Source: Ranitomeya imitator
Taxonomy: Eukaryota
Reading direction: 5' to 3'
Assembly: GCF_032444005.1 (NCBI RefSeq)
Contig: NC_091283.1
Span: forward strand, 132,184,001 to 132,248,000
Length of the DNA stretch: 64,000 nt
Numbering within the stretch: the first letter of the stretch is position 1; each line of letters starts with the position of its first letter. The translations under genes were made by a program, and so were the position numbers. Under the pieces are notes generated by a model, which was not told the origin of the DNA, made no database searches, and saw only the letters and a list, made by a program, of their open reading frames with translations. This document shows, piece by piece, positions 60,001-64,000 of the stretch.

Positions 60001-62708
60001 CATGAGACTCCCAATCATCAGAGAAGATCAAAATGTCATCCAAGTAAACAATCAAGAATTTATCCAGATACTCACGGAAAATGTCATGCATAAAAGACTG
60101 AAAAACAGATGGAGCATTGGCAAGTCCGAACGGCATCACCAGATACTCAAAATGACCCTCGGGCGTATTAAATGCCGTTTTCCATTCATCTCCCTGCCTG
60201 ATTCTCACCAGATTATACGCACCACGAAGATCAATCTTAGTAAACCAACTAGCCCCCTTAATCCGAGCAAACAAGTCAGAAATCAATGGCAAGGGATACT
60301 GAAACTTAACAGTGATCTTATTAAGAAGGCGGTAATCAATACACGGTCTTAGCGAACCATCCTTCTTGGCTACAAAAAAGAACCCTGCTCCCAATGGTGA
60401 CGACGATGGGCGAATATGTCCCTTCTCCAGGGACTCCTTCACATAACTGCGCATAGCGGTGTGTTCAGGTACGGACAAATTAAATAAACGACCCTTAGGG
60501 AATTTACTACCAGGAATCAAATCGATAGCACAATCACAATTCCTATGCGGAGGTAGGGCATCAGACTTGGACTCTTCAAATACATCCTGAAAGTCCGACA
60601 AGAACTCTGGGATGTCAGAAGGAATGGATGACGAAATAGACAAAAATGGAACATCACCATGTACTCCCTGACAACCCCAGCTGGTTACCGACATAGAGTT
60701 CCAATCCAATACTGGATTATGGGTTTGTAGCCATGGCAACCCCAACACGACCACATCATGCAAATTATGCAGTACCAGAAAGCGAATAACTTCCTGATGT
60801 GCAGGAGCCATGCACATGGTCAGCTGGGCCCAGTACTGAGGCTTATTCTTGGCCAAAGGTGTAGCATCAATTCCTCTCAACGGAATAGGACACCGCAAAG
60901 GCTCCAAGAAAAATCCACAACGTTTAGCATAATCCAAATCCATCAGATTCAGGGCAGCGCCTGAATCCACAAACGCCATGACAGAATACGATGACAAAAA
61001 GCACATTAAGGTAATGGACAAAAGGAATTTGGACTGTACAGTACCAATAACGGCAGAGCTATCGAACCGCCTAGTGCGTTTAGGGCAATTAGAAATAGCA
61101 TGAGTAGAATCACCACAATAGAAACACAGTCTGTTCAGACGTCTGTGTTCTTGCCGTTCTACTTTAGTCATAGTCCTGTCGCACTGCATAGGCTCAGGTT
61201 TACTCTCAGACAATACCGCCAGATGGTGCACAGATTTACGCTCGCGCAAGCGACGACCGATCTGAATGGCCAAGGACATAGACTCATTCAAACCAGCAGG
61301 CATAGGAAATCCCACCATTACATCCTTAAGAGCTTCAGAGAGACCCTTTCTGAACAAAGCCGCTAGTGCAGATTCATTCCACAGAGTAAGTACTGACCAC
61401 TTCCTAAATTTCTGACAATATACTTCTACATCATCCTGACCCTGGCATAAAGCCAGCAGATTTTTCTCAGCCTGATCCACTGAATTAGGCTCATCGTAAA
61501 GCAATCCCAGCGCCTGGAAAAATGCATCAACATTACTCAATGCAGAATCTCCTGGTGCAAGAGAAAACGCCCAGTCCTGTGGGTCGCCGCGCAAAAAAGA
61601 AATAATAATCAAAACCTGTTGAATAGGATTACCAGAAGAATGAGGTTTCAAGGCCAAAAATAGCTTACAATTATTTCTGAAGCTCAGGAACTTAGTTCTG
61701 TCACCAAAAAACAAATCAGGAATCGGAATTCTTGGTTCTAGCATCGATTTCTGATCAATAGTATCTTGAATCTTTTGTACATTTACAACGAGATTATCCA
61801 TTGAGGAGCACAGAGCCTGAATATCCATGTCCACAGCTGTGTCCTGAAGCACTCTAATGTCTAGGGGAAAAAAAAGACTGAAGACAGAGCTAAGAAAAAA
61901 AAATGATGTCAGGATTTCTTTTTTCCCTCTATTGGGAATCATTGGTGTGGCTCCTTGTACTGTTATGGCTGGCAATCAGGCAACACAGCGTGCAGTAATC
62001 AGCGCACATACAGAGATCTGGCAAAAACCAAAAACAATAGGACGAGCTCTGAGACGTGGAATCTCTGTAGACTGCAGTACCTGAACTATCCTCACACAAC
62101 TATAAGCAGCAGTGGATTGCGCCTATCACTACCTATGCAACTCGGCACTGCCTGAGGAGCTGACTAGCCTGAAGATAGAAATACAAGCCTGACTTACCTC
62201 AGAGAAATACCCCAAAGGAACAGGCAGCCCCCCACATATAATGACTGTTAGCAAGATGAAAAGACAAACGTAGGAATGAAATAGATTCAGCAAAGTGAGG
62301 CCCGATATTCTAGACAGAGCGAGGATAGCAAAGAGAACTATGCAGTCTACCAAAAACCCTAAAACGAAAACCACGCAAAGGGGCAAAAAGACCCACCGTG
62401 CCGAACTAACAGCACGGCGGTGCACCCCTTTGCTTCTCAGAGCTTCCAGCAAAAGTTAATAGCAAGCTGGACAGAAAAAACAGAAAACAAACTAGAAGCA
62501 CTTATCTAGCAGAGCTGCAGGCCCAAGGAAAGATGCAGTAGCTCAGATCCAACACTGGAACATTGACAAGGAGCAAGGAAGACAGACTCAGGTGGAGCTA
62601 AATAGCAAGGCAGCCAACGAGCTCACCAAAACACCTGAGGGAGGAAGCCCAGAGACTGCAATACCACTTGTGACCACAGAAGTGAACTCAGCCACAGAAT
62701 TCACAACA
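57020..62708 (-). mobile_element. Full-length chromoviral Gypsy LTR retrotransposon, copy B
   Basis: 748-bp LTRs 57020-57767 and 61961-62708 (about 1 difference); CTGTTC duplicated on both flanks. Confidence 0.97.
57647..61828 (-). CDS. Gag-Pol polyprotein, single intact ORF, 1393 aa
   Basis: Nearly identical to copy A with a few substitutions (e.g. chromodomain YLVIWKGY vs YLVKWKGY). Confidence 0.95.
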   Translation of the reverse strand: MDIQALCSSMDNLVVNVQKIQDTIDQKSMLEPRIPIPDLFFGDRTKFLSFRNNCKLFLALKPHSSGNPIQQVLIIISFLRGDPQDWAFSLAPGDSALSNVDAFFQALGLLYDEPNSVDQAEKNLLALCQGQDDVEVYCQKFRKWSVLTLWNESALAALFRKGLSEALKDVMVGFPMPAGLNESMSLAIQIGRRLRERKSVHHLAVLSESKPEPMQCDRTMTKVERQEHRRLNRLCFYCGDSTHAISNCPKRTRRFDSSAVIGTVQSKFLLSITLMCFLSSYSVMAFVDSGAALNLMDLDYAKRCGFFLEPLRCPIPLRGIDATPLAKNKPQYWAQLTMCMAPAHQEVIRFLVLHNLHDVVVLGLPWLQTHNPVLDWNSMSVTSWGCQGVHGDVPFLSISSSIPSDIPEFLSDFQDVFEESKSDALPPHRNCDCAIDLIPGSKFPKGRLFNLSVPEHTAMRSYVKESLEKGHIRPSSSPLGAGFFFVAKKDGSLRPCIDYRLLNKITVKFQYPLPLISDLFARIKGASWFTKIDLRGAYNLVRIRQGDEWKTAFNTPEGHFEYLVMPFGLANAPSVFQSFMHDIFREYLDKFLIVYLDDILIFSDDWESHVKQVRMVFQVLRANSLFVKGSKCLFGVQKVSFLGFIFSPSTIEMDPVKVQAIQDWTQPTSLKSLQKFLGFANFYRRFICNFSSIARPLTDLTKKGADLVNWSSAAVEAFQELKRRFCCAPVLCQPDVSLPFQVEVDASEIGAGAVLSQRGSGCSVFKPCAFFSRKFSAAERNYDVGNRELLAMKWAFEEWRHWLEGAKHRVVVLTDHKNLTYLESAKRLNPRQARWSLFFARFDFVISYLPGSKNVKADALSRSFVPDSPGLSEPASILKEGVIVSAISPDLRRVLQKFQANKPDRCPAEKLFVPDRWTSKVISELHCSVLAGHPGIFGTRELVARSFWWPSLSRDVRAFVQSCGICARAKPCCSRASGLLLPLPVPKRPWTHISMDFISDLPVSQKMSVIWVVCDRFSKMVHLVPLVKLPSSSDLVPLFFQHVVRLHGIPENIVSDRGSQFVSRFWRAFCGRMGIDLSFSSAFHPQTNGQTERTNQTLETYLRCFVSADQDDWVSFLPLAEFALNNRASSATLVSPFFCNSGFHPRFSSGQVESSDCPGVDSVVDRLQQIWTQVVDNLTLSQEKAQLFANRRRRVGPRLRVGDLVWLSSRHIPMKVSSPKFKPRFIGPYRISEILNPVSFRLTLPDSFSIHNVFHRSLLRRYVAPMVPSVEPPAPVLVEGELEYIVEKILDSRVSRRKLQYLVIWKGYAQEDNSWVFASDVHAPDLVRAFHVAHPGRPGGSGEGSVTPPQGGGTVVNSVAEFTSVVTSGIAVSGLPPSGVLVSSLAALLFSST

Positions 62709-64000
62709 CTGTTCACCTTTTCTGCTTTGCACAATGACACGGTGGTTGGACCCAAAGATCTCAAATTTGGACTCATCAGACCAAAGCACAGATTTCCACT
62801 GGTCTAATGTTCATTCCTTGTGTTCTTTAGCCCAAACAAGTCTCTTCTGCTTGTTGCCTGTCTGTAGCAGTGGTTTCCTAGCAGCTATTTTACCATGAAG
62901 GCCTGCTGCACAAAGTCTCCTCTTAACAGTTGTTGTAGAGATGTGTCTCCTGCTAGAACTCTGTGTGGCATGCATTGACCTGGTCTCTGATCTGAGCTTC
63001 TGTCAACCTGCGATTTCTGAGGCTGGTGACTCGGATAAACTTAGCCTCAGAAGCAGAGGTGACTCTTGGTCTTCCTTTCCTGGGGCGGTCCTCATGTGAG
63101 CCAGTTTCTTTGTAGCGCTTGATCGTTTTTGCCACTGCACTAGCGGACACTTTCAAAGTTTGCCCAATTTTTCGGACTTACTGACCTTCATTTCTTAAAG
63201 TAATGATGGCCACTCGTCTTTCTTTACTTAGCTGCTTTTTTCTTGCCATCATACAAATTCTAACAGTCTATTCAGTAAGACTATCAGCTGTGTATCCACC
63301 AGACTTCTGCACAACACAACTGAAAGTCCCAACCCCATTTATAAGGCAAGAAATCCCACTTATTAAACCTGACAGGGCACACCTGTGAATTGAAAACCAT
63401 TCCCAGTGACTACCTCTTGAAGCTCATCAAGAGAATGCCAAGAGTATGTAAAGCAGTCATCAAAGCAAAAGGTGGCTACTTTGAAGAACCTAGAATATAA
63501 GACATAATTTCAGTTGTTTCACACTTTTTTGTTAAGTATATAATTCCACATGTGTTAATTCATAGTTTTGATGCCTTCAGTTTGAATGAACAATTTTCAT
63601 AGTCATGAAAATACAGAAAAATCTTTAAATGAGAAGGTGTGTCCAAACTTTTGTTCTGAACTGTACATGCAGTTGTGCTTACTGAGATGGTAACCTCCGT
63701 GAGAAAATCTAAAAGTAGGGGGAGTGGTCACCATGTGATCATATCACCTACACGGAAATGAAATATTTATGAATTTCCTTATAGAAAAACAAATAAACAA
63801 CTACATAAAGTAATACTAGGTGATTTTTATGAATTACAGGACTTCTAACAGAATGAAAGAAGCTAAAAATATATGTGATACCTTATGGGTATATGCACAC
63901 ATTCAGTATTTGCTACAGAAAAATCTGCTGCAAATACTGACGTGATGGCAGGAAAAATGCAGCATAAATTACATGGGTTTTTGACATATTTTATCATGCA

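Larger units (their letters stand above)
56343..63663 (-). mobile_element. Tc1/mariner transposon (~1.6 kb net, long TIRs, frameshifted) carrying Gypsy copy B
   Basis: TA-CAGTACAGACCAAAAGTTTGGACACACC...GGTGTGTCCAAACTTTTGTTCTGAACTG-TA. Transposase pieces FIFQQDNDPKHTS, WPPQSLDLNPIEMVW, RPRKGRPRVTS. Confidence 0.93.
56238..63708 (-). pseudogene. Candidate terminal coding exon of an unidentified upstream gene, split by the Tc1/Gypsy insertion
   Basis: Joining 63708-63664 to 56340-56238 across the TA site gives acceptor CCCCTACTTTTAG, then xFSHGGYHLSKHNCMYDDPVLAEPNICFHKGGTETPITGNGDDSTAPVT*, with AATAAA about 200 nt downstream. No family recognised. Confidence 0.35.

Noticed and set aside
51296-61366. 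Many 60-244 aa ORFs overlapping the Gypsy elements
   Set aside because: Alternate-frame or antisense shadows of gag-pol, duplicated simply because the element is duplicated.
49955-62708. The inverted Gypsy pair as an assembly duplication
   Set aside because: Each copy has its own TSD and its own LTR variants shared between its two LTRs, and copy B sits cleanly inside a Tc1.

Overview
Vertebrate genomic DNA, most likely a large-genome anuran amphibian (inferred from the repeat types), about three quarters transposon-derived, with one 315-N gap (31234-31548). Three intact, fully spliceable enzyme genes lie in series: a 6-exon PhyH-family Fe(II)/2-oxoglutarate dioxygenase (7436-9634 +, 263 aa), a 4-exon ES1/GATD3-like DJ-1/PfpI-superfamily gene with no mitochondrial leader (24372-27745 -, 224 aa), and a 6-exon ACOD1/IRG1-like decarboxylase (42658-47837 -, 498 aa). 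The dioxygenase and ES1-like promoters carry NF-kB plus STAT or C/EBP-type motifs near a TATA box, and the ACOD1-like promoter carries C/EBP-ATF motifs. The top hypothesis is a co-regulated immune-metabolic (biosynthetic) gene cluster. A possible fourth gene's last exon appears split by a Tc1 element (56238-63708 -). Other highlights: a ~351-bp tandem repeat with minimal type I hammerhead ribozymes (retrozyme-like, 6097-6961); a truncated FANCF coding sequence inside a Helitron-like element; an LTR element carrying a cold-shock domain; two very young, intact chromoviral Gypsy elements tail-to-tail with a predicted self-priming PBS; two near-identical CR1 LINEs; and many Tc1, Harbinger-type MITE, L2, SINE, Penelope-like and minisatellite sequences. 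All calls were made by eye, without database searches.
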